DNA from: Pseudomonadota bacterium
GTDB lineage: Bacteria; Pseudomonadota; Alphaproteobacteria; Paracaedibacterales; CAIOTO01
Direction of reading: 5' to 3'
DNA: 64,000 nt
Assembly (NCBI GenBank): GCA_040387495.1
Contig: JAZKDQ010000014.1
Location: 9,752-73,751, forward strand
Positions 1 through 11,351 of this stretch are shown here, piece after piece (position 1 is the first letter of the stretch; every line of letters begins with the position of its first letter). The notes below the pieces were generated by a model, which searched no databases, was not told where the DNA came from, and worked only from the letters and a program-made list of their open reading frames with translations. The position numbers were made by a program, and so were the translations under genes.

Positions 1-458
1 TTAATCAAGTCAACAGTCAATGATTCAGGAATCTCTACTGGTGAACAAACGATTTCTAGTTTATGTACAATCACATTCAATGTACCGCCGCGCTTTACGC
101 CAGGTGATTTTTCTTCATTGATAAAGTTAAGCTGAACATGCACACGTACGCGTGAATCTTTGTCTACACGTTGAAAATCAACATGCAAAGCAACATCAGT
201 TACCGGATGTAATTGCACATCTTTTGCCAATACTTGGTGGCTTTTGCCATTTACGTTAAGTGTGATGATGCGGCTGAAAAATCCAGCAGTGCTGCATTCA
301 GCATCAAGCTGCTTTTTATTAACAGCAACCATGAACGGTTCTGCTGTCCCGCCATAAACAATTGCAGGAACAAGGTCAGAACGACGGATAGCGCGCGCTG
401 AACCTGTACCGGATGCGGTGCGCTCTTGCGCTTCAAGAACATGGGATGATAATGACAT
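1..458 (-). CDS. rplY: 50S ribosomal protein L25/Ctc (partial, runs off window start)
   Basis: Not in the ORF track. My translation from ATG at 458 reads MSLSSHVLEAQERTASGTGSARAIRRSDLVPAIVYGG...KDVQLHPVTDVALHVDFQRV...SPGVKRGGTLN, the L25/Ctc signature. GGAG RBS upstream. Confidence 0.93.
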   Translation of the reverse strand, partial: MSLSSHVLEAQERTASGTGSARAIRRSDLVPAIVYGGTAEPFMVAVNKKQLDAECSTAGFFSRIITLNVNGKSHQVLAKDVQLHPVTDVALHVDFQRVDKDSRVRVHVQLNFINEEKSPGVKRGGTLNVIVHKLEIVCSPVEIPESLTVDLI

Positions 459-659
459 TGGTAAACTCCAGAGATAGTGACTCTATAAAAACATAACTTT
501 TATAACTTAATACACTATCGTGGGTAAAAAATCAATGATTGGTTTTTTTAAATACTCATTTTTGCCATTGTTTGACGCATAGATGCACTCTGCTGCCTAC
601 CTTTTGAATCAAAGAAGGACAGAATATAATTCTACCCTGTTTGATTTTTTAGGATCATG

Positions 660-1292
660 CTAAGAAAGTTTTTTATACTTTTCCAACAATGCTTGAAGAT
701 CTTTTTGGCATTCATTAAAATAATTCGTAACTCCAGATTGCTCTATTGCAAAAACCCCAACGGAATGATCAAAGGTTATCTCGACAACCTTGCCTTTACG
801 CATTTGAAACGTGACCTTAAGATCACCGGCAGAATTTACATCTGACTTAAATGTAGTATTTACAAAGACATATTGACCATCAATATACGAGTTGCCGAGT
901 TGAAGCTTCATTCCATTAAACTTATCAAGAAAATCCTTCTTTGAATATTTTCTAATCATATAATCAGTAAAAACAAGTATGAATTCTTTCTTAAATTGCT
1001 TTATTTTTTCTCTAGCTTCATTACGCCCAATTGTATTGATTAATTCTTTTTGAGGGCCCCTTAACATTTGACCCGAAATTATTTCTGTATAAAAAGATTC
1101 TAGTAAAATCGGTTTAAATTCTTTTTCTCCGCCGCCTGATTTTGAAATTAATTGAATGTCATTAACAAGCTTTGTGATTGCCTGCTCACACTTTTTAGTT
1201 TCATCTTCGCTTGCGTCGCTCCATGCTGGGGCATATGAACTAATTAAAAAGCCAATGAGGAATATAGCTTTTATTTTTCTTACTATTTTCAT
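660..1292 (-). CDS. Exported protein, MlaC/Ttg2D-like phospholipid-binding fold (divergent)
   Basis: Signal peptide, about 210 aa; the pattern F..VF..YMIRKYS...VFVNT.F...VTFQM...KVVEITF..SVGV resembles MlaC. Confidence 0.5.
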   Translation of the reverse strand: MKIVRKIKAIFLIGFLISSYAPAWSDASEDETKKCEQAITKLVNDIQLISKSGGGEKEFKPILLESFYTEIISGQMLRGPQKELINTIGRNEAREKIKQFKKEFILVFTDYMIRKYSKKDFLDKFNGMKLQLGNSYIDGQYVFVNTTFKSDVNSAGDLKVTFQMRKGKVVEITFDHSVGVFAIEQSGVTNYFNECQKDLQALLEKYKKLS

Positions 1293-1356
1293 TTGATGAA
1301 TCTCAACTTAAACTACTTGTTTACTATATTATGAATATAAAAGGTTAATATAAAGT

Positions 1357-1384
1357 AAAAGAGGGCAGATTTTTTTCTGCCCTC
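1357..1384 (-). terminator. Rho-independent terminator after groEL
   Basis: gagggcaga...tctgccctc stem followed by a T-run on the minus strand. Confidence 0.7.
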
Positions 1385-1454
1385 ATATTCACATATATCA
1401 GTCAAAGATGCAAGTTATACTTATTTTACTAATAAGTACAGTTGAAAGAATGGA

Positions 1455-3116
<1,662 letters not shown>

Positions 3117-3134
3117 TTAATAGTTTATTCAAAC

Positions 3135-3162
3135 TGTCATTCCCGCCTACGCGAGAATGACA
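3135..3162. repeat. Palindromic REP/RPE-like hairpin between groES and groEL
   Basis: tgtcattcccgc-ctac-gcgagaatgaca inverted repeat. Confidence 0.65.
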
Positions 3163-3181
3163 AGGGGGAGGAAACTTAAGA

Positions 3182-3472
3182 TTAAGCAGCCAAAATTCCA
3201 ACGATATCAGACTCTTTCATGACAAGATAATCTTCGCCATCGATCTTGATTTCTGTACCTGACCATTTGCCAAACAATACGCGGTCGCCTTTTTTAACTT
3301 CCAAAGCAATTACGTTTCCGGCTTCATTACGTGCGCCAGTTCCAACAGCGACGATTTCGCCTTCCATTGGTTTTTCTTTTGCGGTTTCAGGAATGATAAT
3401 TCCGCTAGCTGTTTTTGCTTCTGACTCAATGCGTTTTACAACAACACGGTCGTGGAGTGGTCTGAAGTTCAT
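3182..3472 (-). CDS. groS: Co-chaperonin GroES
   Basis: [24 protein letters not shown] motifs. Confidence 0.99.
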   Translation of the reverse strand: MNFRPLHDRVVVKRIESEAKTASGIIIPETAKEKPMEGEIVAVGTGARNEAGNVIALEVKKGDRVLFGKWSGTEIKIDGEDYLVMKESDIVGILAA

Positions 3473-3536
3473 AGTTCCTCCTAATGATTAAGTTTGTTTG
3501 CCCCAGATAATGTGCATAATCTGTTTAATTAGATGA

Positions 3537-3563
3537 TTAGCACTCTCTGTTAATGAGTGCTAA
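3537..3563. promoter_or_regulatory. CIRCE element (HrcA operator)
   Basis: Exact TTAGCACTC-N9-GAGTGCTAA upstream of groES. Confidence 0.97.
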
Positions 3564-3590
3564 TTTAATACGCCAAAGACGTTCTGTCAA
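3562..3590 (-). promoter_or_regulatory. sigma70-type promoter of groESL
   Basis: TTGACA-17 nt-TAAATT on the minus strand, abutting CIRCE. Confidence 0.7.
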
Positions 3591-3682
3591 GTAGGAAGAA
3601 AATGGGAAGTACAAAAAAATACCACAAGAAAAAAGAATCTTGTGGCACATAAGTTCATGCAAAGCAATTAATGTCGATTAGG

Positions 3683-4528
3683 TTATGCAGCCCCTTTGCT
3701 GATTAAAAATGCAACCATTTGATCTTGGCGTGCCTTATCTGTATGTAGAAACATACCAGACGTCGCGGCCATTAGTGGCGTGCGATTATCCTTACCTTTA
3801 GCATTAACATCAAGCTTTAATTCATCAATCAAATATTCTGCGATGTTGATGTGTCCGTGATAACTTGCGGCGTGTAGCAATGTGTCTTCGCCAACTTTTG
3901 CATACTGAGAAACAACTGCCATAACACCTTGTTTGACAAGATATTTTACAAGATCAAGATTTCCGCCAGCACATGCTCTATGCAATGATGTTGGCATTGA
4001 CTCCTTTGCAAAATAGTTGAGGCGAATATCTTTCTCTTCGTGCAGCATTTTAACAAGTACCAAGTTGCCTGCATAGGACGCTTCATGAATGGAATTCTCA
4101 TGCACTTCTGCACCTGCATGTATCAAAAGTTGAGCAACCTCAACATTCCCCTTACCGCATACAATGTTAATTGGTGTAATGCCATTTTGATCACGAAGAT
4201 TTTTTTCAGCACCGAGAGCAACTAAATAACTAATAACCTCAATAGGGGCATTATGCTCACAAGCAATATGTAGAACATTCCTTTTTTGTTTATCCAAAAG
4301 ATTCACCGTTTTAGAAGTAAGCCCTAATGATTGCACAGATTTTAATGTACTCCAATTTTTATGCTCTTGGAGTTTGCTGTAAAAACCAGCATCAAATTGG
4401 TTCACATCATGTTGATCAAAAGTAGGCACATCTGCATAGCATGCAATAGCTGCATTGAGAGCAATCACAACCGCCAATACGTATTTTTTAAAAGTATTCA
4501 TATGATGATTCCTTTTTAGCTTATACAT
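3683..4528 (-). CDS. Ankyrin-repeat protein with signal peptide
   Basis: About 6 ANK repeats (NVLHIACE, GITPINIVC, TSLHRAC, DTLLHAAS, RTPLMAA); hydrophobic N-terminus ending ACYA. Confidence 0.9.
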   Translation of the reverse strand: MYKLKRNHHMNTFKKYVLAVVIALNAAIACYADVPTFDQHDVNQFDAGFYSKLQEHKNWSTLKSVQSLGLTSKTVNLLDKQKRNVLHIACEHNAPIEVISYLVALGAEKNLRDQNGITPINIVCGKGNVEVAQLLIHAGAEVHENSIHEASYAGNLVLVKMLHEEKDIRLNYFAKESMPTSLHRACAGGNLDLVKYLVKQGVMAVVSQYAKVGEDTLLHAASYHGHINIAEYLIDELKLDVNAKGKDNRTPLMAATSGMFLHTDKARQDQMVAFLISKGAA

Positions 4529-4643
4529 TTAATTTCTAAAACCAATATTAAAATAGGAACGAAATAAGCCTTTGTCAATAGTTGTTGAATAAAAATATAT
4601 TTATAATTTACATAAAAAACAATATTCAATAAAAATGATAAGC

Positions 4644-5270
4644 TCACCCCTCCATCGATTCCCACGAATCAAGGGGGATGTATGATTTTTCCGACTCTGA
4701 ATACGTTACAATCTGCCCGGTTTTAATATCAAAAAACCACCTGTGAATGAACATATCGCCTTCATCCATTTTTTTCTTGATCCACGGGAATGTCATGCAA
4801 TTGCTATGTGAATTATGCAGCGCTTGCTTAGCATATTCATCTGCATTTTTAGGCTTGCACGTGTCTGTTTTAATTAAGGATACCCAATTGGTAATAAAGT
4901 CATTCTGATCAAGAATGTCACTATTAATCAATGCTTGAATTCCGCCACACTGGCTGTGCCCAAGTAAAATCAGGTGTTTAATATTTAAAAACGTGACGGC
5001 AAATTCAAGTGCGGCACTGGTACCGTGGTGCGCCTCGTCCTTTTCATACGGTGGTACAATATTCGCTACATTGCGCACAACGAATAAGTCACCGGGGTCG
5101 CATTGTAGGATTAACGCCGGATCAACGCGCGAGTCACAACAGGCCACCACCATAATCTTTGGCTTTTGTCCATGCTGCGAAAGATAATGCATGATCGACT
5201 GATCACCCAGCGCATATTTTTTACGAAAGGCGTGATAACCTTTAAGTATTTTTTTTAAATGCTTTTCCAT
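4644..5270 (-). CDS. can: Beta-class carbonic anhydrase
   Basis: CCDSRV, GDLFVVRNVAN, GHSQCGG zinc ligands. Confidence 0.95.
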   Translation of the reverse strand: MEKHLKKILKGYHAFRKKYALGDQSIMHYLSQHGQKPKIMVVACCDSRVDPALILQCDPGDLFVVRNVANIVPPYEKDEAHHGTSAALEFAVTFLNIKHLILLGHSQCGGIQALINSDILDQNDFITNWVSLIKTDTCKPKNADEYAKQALHNSHSNCMTFPWIKKKMDEGDMFIHRWFFDIKTGQIVTYSESEKSYIPLDSWESMEG

Positions 5271-5536
5271 GATCTCTCAATTGTTAAAGTGATGTTCGGA
5301 CTACGTTATAATATAACCGAATGAGCATTAATGCCAGTGTTGGTTTAATGATGCTTCTTTGGCAAAACTCACTTTTCACTTTCTTTTATATGCAAACAAT
5401 AACATGGCTTAAAAAAATTGTGTGCAGCAGATACACTTACTGGAATTGAACTCCACCACAACTCTAGCAGAGCAATTATATTTCAAAGATAATAAAAAAG
5501 TAAACTATTTATAAATTTTATAGAACTAGATAACAC

Positions 5537-7294
5537 TTGATATCTATAATTAAAACTGATAAATCTAAATTAGATAATTTAAATACAATAATATTCATGT
5601 ATAAATATATAAAAAATAATTTTACGTTAATTTTAGCAATTGCATGCCTTTTCTCTGCTCCAGTTTTGGGTGCGGTAAAGCGTCTACGTGAGTTTAATGC
5701 GATTGATGAAGAGGCTCCTTTATGTAAAGCAAGTCGTATAGAGGCAGATTCGACAGAAGTCCCTGTAATTGTTGAACCACAAAATGACAGCTCCACATTA
5801 GTGCAAACTACACCATCTTTGGACCAAATACTTCATGCAACGGGGGTGAAAATTCGCAAAATGGATGTAGATAAATATTCAAAATGGTTTAGAAATGTCG
5901 AAAAAGAAGTAGAAGCCAGAAAGGAAGGCAAAAGTGCCATAAAGAACTTTGAGAAAATTAACGATGTACAATTTGCAGGTATTGTAAGTTTATTCCGAAA
6001 AGAACAAGAAGCCAGAATCCGAAAAGAACAAGAAGCCAGAAATGGCAAGATATTTGTAAACTTACCAGATGATGTGCTTGAACACGTGTATTTCTTTTTA
6101 GATACGAATCATAAGGAACTCGAATTTTTTAGAACGCTTAAAAATAACCACCCAGCAAGCTTACTTCTTAGTAATTCTGTAAAGTCTTATTATAAACACC
6201 GAAAAAAATTAGAATTATCTGATTTGGATTTAGTGGCAAATCCAAAATACTTTACAAATTTTGATTATTTTTACTTCAAGTTGCATTCACACATTGTGGA
6301 TATAAAAATATCGGATTGTAATAATGTAAGTGAATTTTTGAAAAAAATTCATCTGTTTAAAAAACTTGAACGTCTGGAAATATCCGGATATTGTGACTTC
6401 AATAACATCCCGGACCAGGAAATTGAAATTTCACTGGGGGATAAGTCTCTGGATAATTTGAGAAATTTAGAAAACTTGACATCTTTAAACCTCGAAGTGC
6501 GCATTGTAGATTCTGAGGAAGAGCTTAGTAACGATCCCGATTTTTTGTATGGTTTACCCAAAATAAAAGAATTAGTTATTAAATATTTTAGTTCTAGGGG
6601 ACGGTTATATAACAAACCTGGCAGTATGATTATTGACAAAATATCGAAAAATAAAACTGTAAAAAAACTGCACCTTAAGCATACCTCCATGTCTTTTTCC
6701 TGTTCGTATAATATAAGTTCTCTTATAAAATTATCTGCAAACATACAGCTTGAAGATCTTTACATCCCGCCAACACTTTTTTGTGCTGATTTTCCCTCTT
6801 TTAATAAAGGGGCCGGCAAAAAACTTATGGAAAGTATTTTTCCAGATAAGCATTTTAAGAATGTAGAAGATTTTATTAGTGCCCTATTCTCAAGATTAAC
6901 AAACCTTCGCTCTCTTACAGTTGCAGATTATACCGATGATGATTGGATGGATTCTGTTAATTGCATGAAAGAATATGTTACAAATTTTCTTAAAGATAAT
7001 CTTGTTATAGAAAAGCTTCATCTGCCTAGCCTTTATGTTAATAGATACGGATTGTTGAACATTGTAACATGTAAAAATCTTAAGTATTTTTATTTTCCCT
7101 ATCATCATCTGATTTGTGGACATGATGTAACACCCTCTGAAATCACGTCAATACTTATAAATGGAAAGCTTGAAAAAGATATAAAGTTAACAATTCAGAC
7201 ATCTCAACATAAAGATGATGATTTCGACGTTGATTTACTGAAAACACATTTTCCCAATTTTGAGATAGAGAGAGAATGTGAGATGCCTCACTGA
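5537..7294 (+). CDS. Secreted F-box-like/LRR protein (start probably MYKYIK, about 5597)
   Basis: Signal peptide, NLPDDVLEHVYFFLD F-box-like motif, LxxLxL repeats; 24-bp tandem duplication at 5994-6041. Confidence 0.7.
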   Translation: MISIIKTDKSKLDNLNTIIFMYKYIKNNFTLILAIACLFSAPVLGAVKRLREFNAIDEEAPLCKASRIEADSTEVPVIVEPQNDSSTLVQTTPSLDQILHATGVKIRKMDVDKYSKWFRNVEKEVEARKEGKSAIKNFEKINDVQFAGIVSLFRKEQEARIRKEQEARNGKIFVNLPDDVLEHVYFFLDTNHKELEFFRTLKNNHPASLLLSNSVKSYYKHRKKLELSDLDLVANPKYFTNFDYFYFKLHSHIVDIKISDCNNVSEFLKKIHLFKKLERLEISGYCDFNNIPDQEIEISLGDKSLDNLRNLENLTSLNLEVRIVDSEEELSNDPDFLYGLPKIKELVIKYFSSRGRLYNKPGSMIIDKISKNKTVKKLHLKHTSMSFSCSYNISSLIKLSANIQLEDLYIPPTLFCADFPSFNKGAGKKLMESIFPDKHFKNVEDFISALFSRLTNLRSLTVADYTDDDWMDSVNCMKEYVTNFLKDNLVIEKLHLPSLYVNRYGLLNIVTCKNLKYFYFPYHHLICGHDVTPSEITSILINGKLEKDIKLTIQTSQHKDDDFDVDLLKTHFPNFEIERECEMPH

Positions 7295-7479
7295 GAGTTA
7301 ATTCTAAGGCTGCCTTAGCTATCAACCAATTTTTATCCTCATTCTAAAAGAATAGGGTAGTATCAGAAATAAATCTTCTCATTCACGAGTTTGATAATGA
7401 GCATTCAGATTTTAAGATTAATCCACACCATATTATATTAGGAATAAAAACAATAATTAGTGATTAAAAGGTAGATGAA

Positions 7480-7620
7480 ATGGAAATATTAAAAATTGTT
7501 GGCATTGCTGTATTGGCTATATTTGTTTTCTTAAAAGGAATGAAATTCTTTCTTTATGCTCTCCCCATAATAATAATTGCGACATACCTTTTCTTGAAAT
7601 ACTATTTAAACGTATTTTAA
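7480..7620 (+). CDS. 46-aa small membrane protein
   Basis: Below the ORF-track cutoff: MEILKIVGIAVLAIFVFLKGMKFFLYALPIIIIATYLFLKYYLNVF; two hydrophobic stretches; AAGG upstream. Confidence 0.45.
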   Translation: MEILKIVGIAVLAIFVFLKGMKFFLYALPIIIIATYLFLKYYLNVF

Positions 7621-7827
7621 ATTAGATAAAACTAATATTTGTAAGTTATAAATATTATTAGCGGTTTATTCTTATATTTTTCCTGGTCAAATTTGTATAG
7701 CCATAATTAATACCTGCCCAAAGAAAATGCAACAAGGGGAAGCGTAAGGAATCGCTTCATTCAACTTGATATACGCTATACATTCATTCATAAAAAACTA
7801 TCAAGAAAAAGAAAAATAAGAGCAATT

Positions 7828-8523
7828 GTGATGATCTTTCCTTTAATTTGTGGATTAATTTTTTTTGTAATAACCAGCATCGTTTTTTTCGTGTGTTGGT
7901 GTTTTCCTGATAAGGGAGAAATTTGCGCGGCCTTAATTCAAGGCCTATTTATATTAGCCACGGGTATTCTTGCCCTGATTGCAGGTCACTTTGCATATCA
8001 AACTGCGATGCGGCAAACACGGTTACGTGAACAAAATGAAGAAAAAAGACGTATCGCCTATCGATTTATGATCAAAGAAGTTATTTCAAATTTTATTAAT
8101 AAAATCACGCCGCAGATAGAAAATAAAGGGTCAACAACGGATGGTTCGGGAGATGGAGCAGGAACAGATGGGAGATACGGGAGATACACACCTGAAATAC
8201 TGTTTCCTATTGTTAGAATTCCAGAGCCGCTCACCATAAAAAATTGGGAAAACCTGGCGATGCTGGAAGAAAACGAACTTTCATCGCTTATTCATACGTT
8301 ATCGCTTATTGAAAAAAATAATCTCTTTGCCGCTTTTAGTAAGCTTGAATTTCAAGCAGAAAGTTTAAAACAATCACCCGAAGCATTAGCACTTGAAGAA
8401 GCTGCAGAGTCTGAAATTATTCACGGCATGAACAGAAAAGAGTTTTATCTTAACGCAAACACGATTGTAAGCACACTTAAAGACCTCCATGCAAGTTTAC
8501 GTGAGTCCCCTGTTGTTTCGTGA
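7828..8523 (+). CDS. Hypothetical protein with two N-terminal TM helices
   Basis: 231-aa ORF with hydrophobic N-terminal 60 aa. Confidence 0.65.
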   Translation: MMIFPLICGLIFFVITSIVFFVCWCFPDKGEICAALIQGLFILATGILALIAGHFAYQTAMRQTRLREQNEEKRRIAYRFMIKEVISNFINKITPQIENKGSTTDGSGDGAGTDGRYGRYTPEILFPIVRIPEPLTIKNWENLAMLEENELSSLIHTLSLIEKNNLFAAFSKLEFQAESLKQSPEALALEEAAESEIIHGMNRKEFYLNANTIVSTLKDLHASLRESPVVS

Positions 8524-8728
8524 TATATATAGCTCAGCACGATAGATCCCCGGATCACACCCACTATTGTTTGAGCGTTGCAAAGTTGCAAATCTGCATG
8601 TCATTGTGCTCGACATGTAGACTTTATGATTTTTCTATCAACATACCGTTTTTCCAAAAATATACTTGTAATTCAAAAAAACAATGATTATATAGTGTAT
8701 ATAGATTTAATAATGGTATTTAATAAGA

Positions 8729-10301
8729 ATGAATAAAATGAATTTAATTGGAAAAAAACTAGCTCTACTGATGTTGCTCAGCACATCGTATGTGTCTGCT
8801 ATGGCGCCCAATGCAAATAATGAGCCAGATTCACTTTTGCTTAGATTGCCAACTGATGTAACGGCTGTCTTTTGTAAAGACTGGTTGACACTTGAGGAAG
8901 AAGCTAAAGTTGATTCAGCACTTACGAATCGTAAAGAGCGTAAGTTTCTTGAAGATGCACAAAAGTCGCTTGCTGCTCGCGATATAATAATACTGGACAA
9001 TAAAAATGTTACGGATGATGATTTAAAATCAATTCTGAGTAAATTTCAAAATACTAAAGATTTATCCCTAAAAAACTGCACCAACCTTACGGGTGCTGCT
9101 CTCATCGACATCGCAACACATTGTGCGCACTTAAAGCATTTAAATCTAGAGGGCTGGCACCAATTTAAGCGCCCGGACATTATCACATTGGTGAAGCTTT
9201 GCCCTGAATTAGAAACGATAAATCTTTCATGGAACACAAAGATTGACAAATTCTGGGCAAGCATTAAAAATCCGGGGTTCGTAGAAATTGCAAATAATTG
9301 CCCGAATTTAATAACGGCGGATTTTTGTAGAACTTACATACATGATGAAGGAATCAATGCCTTTCTAAAAAAATGCCTAAAATTAAAAACGCTGAAGGTG
9401 GGTGGACGCGTCTCTATTACAAATGCCGCCTTTAATGGTTTGGAAATAAATGCAATGTTAACACATCTACATATTACAGGTCCTGCTGACATAACAGAGG
9501 AAGGATTTATTGTGATTGCTGTAAGTTTCCCAAATCTAATAATGGCGAATTTTCCTGGTTGCAGGGGACTTACAGATAAAGGTGTTGAGATGCTGGCAAA
9601 GAAGTGTGGGAATTTAGTAAATCTAAATTTTTATGCTTGCACACTTACCGATTTATCAGCTGAGAGCTTAACCATGTATCTCCCTAAACTAGAAAAAATA
9701 AACCTTGGCTACACCGGTATCACAGACATAGCTGTTGATTATTTAGCATCAAGCTACAATCAATCACTAATAGAGGTTGATATTTTTTCTAATTATGGAA
9801 TTACAGATGAAGCTAATAAATCATTAGTAACGCACTGCAAAAACATCACAAAATTAAATGTTAGTGATTGTAAAAATCTTACTGAGGTATCTTTTAAAGC
9901 AATAGCCGAAAATCTCCACAAGCTGATATGGTTGAACTTTTGTGAACTCAGGCGTTTTCAAGAAAGTTCTATTACACTTATGGATATAATGACATTCACA
10001 CAAGATTACGAAGAACTAAAAGAGCTACAGAAGGACGATTCTACTGAAACTACTAATGTAGTTATTAATGAAGTTATTAAGAGATTAAGTAAAAAATTGC
10101 CGCAAGCTAACTAGAATACATATTAGTTTATGCCAACGTCTTAGTAACGCATCTCTAGAAGCATTAACAGAAAATTGCCCCCAGTTAACGTTGTTGGATG
10201 TTTGGGATGTTTCTAAATGTCCTGAATCCGATATTGCTCTAAAAAAAATTAAGCGGATATTTGGGGATAAATTAACACTCGATATACCCTACTATGACTG
10301 A
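8729..10301 (+). CDS. Secreted F-box/cysteine-containing LRR (FBXL-like) protein, frameshifted near the C-terminus
   Basis: ORF 8729-10114 has a signal peptide, LLRLPTDV F-box-like motif and 26-aa LRR_CC units. The LRRs continue in the +1 frame from 10095 to TGA at 10301. Confidence 0.85.
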
Positions 10302-10334
10302 TTAATTTTCTATCTCTTAGACATAAATCTCTCG

Positions 10335-10374
10335 TTTATATAATCACCGGGTCGGTTCCCGGTGATTATATAAA
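10335..10374. terminator. 17-bp perfect inverted repeat, probable terminator
   Basis: tttatataatcaccggg-tcggtt-cccggtgattatataaa. Confidence 0.75.
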
Positions 10375-10396
10375 AAATAAATGAATGACATGTACA

Positions 10397-10498
10397 GCTA
10401 TGCTATCCTTGCCTTACAACCAAGGATTCTCATGTGCCTCATCACTCTAAAAATGTTGTTTTTAGTTGGGTGGTTGTCGCGCACGTACAGCTTTATCG
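10397..10498 (+). pseudogene. Degenerate copy (A) of the ABC permease promoter and 5' end
   Basis: gctatgctatccttgccttacaaccaaggatt...aaaatgttgttt...gttggg..gttgtcgcgcacgtacagcttt matches 12805-12980, with an internal deletion. Confidence 0.8.
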
Positions 10499-10682
10499 TG
10501 AAAACGATATTCTCTACCAAATTTTCTTTCTAAGAAAATCATTTTTGTTGAATACTTAGTTGATGTTCACGTCTCTCTATCTATTTTTTAAATAATATAT
10601 AAAATATTTAAATTTAAAATACAACTACGTTAATTGTGTTAAATTAATCAATTATTCATCTATTTTATGTTAACTTAAATAT

Positions 10683-11072
10683 ATGAAATTATACTTATTT
10701 GGTTTGAAAGCTATGATTTACTACAAATACATTAAACATATTTCATATTTTATTTTGTTAGTATTAATTGTTCTCTTCTTAAGAATGCAATTTTCAAAAA
10801 ATTTTAATGTAGGTATACACAACGAAACTGAAGTGAAATTTTTAACAGATCCTGCAATGACATCGCAAAATAGAGCAAATATTGCACTAATTATTTTGCA
10901 TCGAAATTCACTGGCTCTTTATCATCGAGATGCAGCTACAGCTGGGATAAAGTTCTTAAATGACAAAAATGTAGCTAATGGAATAAAAAATGCTATTGCT
11001 AGTATTGTTATGCATCGCGTTGAATTAAAGGAACATCACCCGGCTGCGCAGCTGTATATAAATAAGCCATAA
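10683..11072 (+). CDS. Hypothetical membrane-anchored protein with two approximately 38-aa helical repeats
   Basis: VKFLTD...IALIILHR..L..YH.DA / IKFLND...IASIVMHR..L..HH.AA. Confidence 0.55.
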   Translation: MKLYLFGLKAMIYYKYIKHISYFILLVLIVLFLRMQFSKNFNVGIHNETEVKFLTDPAMTSQNRANIALIILHRNSLALYHRDAATAGIKFLNDKNVANGIKNAIASIVMHRVELKEHHPAAQLYINKP

Positions 11073-11145
11073 CGCTTCACGTTTATTTTAATCGTGATTG
11101 AATCACAGTCAACAATCAATAAAACGTCCCACTTTTTTCCTTGCG

Positions 11146-11334
11146 GCTATGCTATCCTTGCCTTATAACCCAAGGATTCATATGTACCGCATCGCGCTTA
11201 AAATGTTGTTTGGTGACAAAGGCAAATACATCAGTATGATTGTGGGTATTTCCTTTTCAACGCTGATCATGACGCAGCAACCATCGATTTTGGTTGGGCT
11301 GTTGTCGCGCACATACAGTTTCATTCGCGATATT
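11146..11334 (+). pseudogene. Truncated copy (B) of the ABC permease 5' end
   Basis: About 185 nt, roughly 89% identical (my manual count) to 12805-12989; homology stops after RTYSFIRD. Confidence 0.92.
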
Positions 11335-11351
11335 TTTACTGCCACATATTT

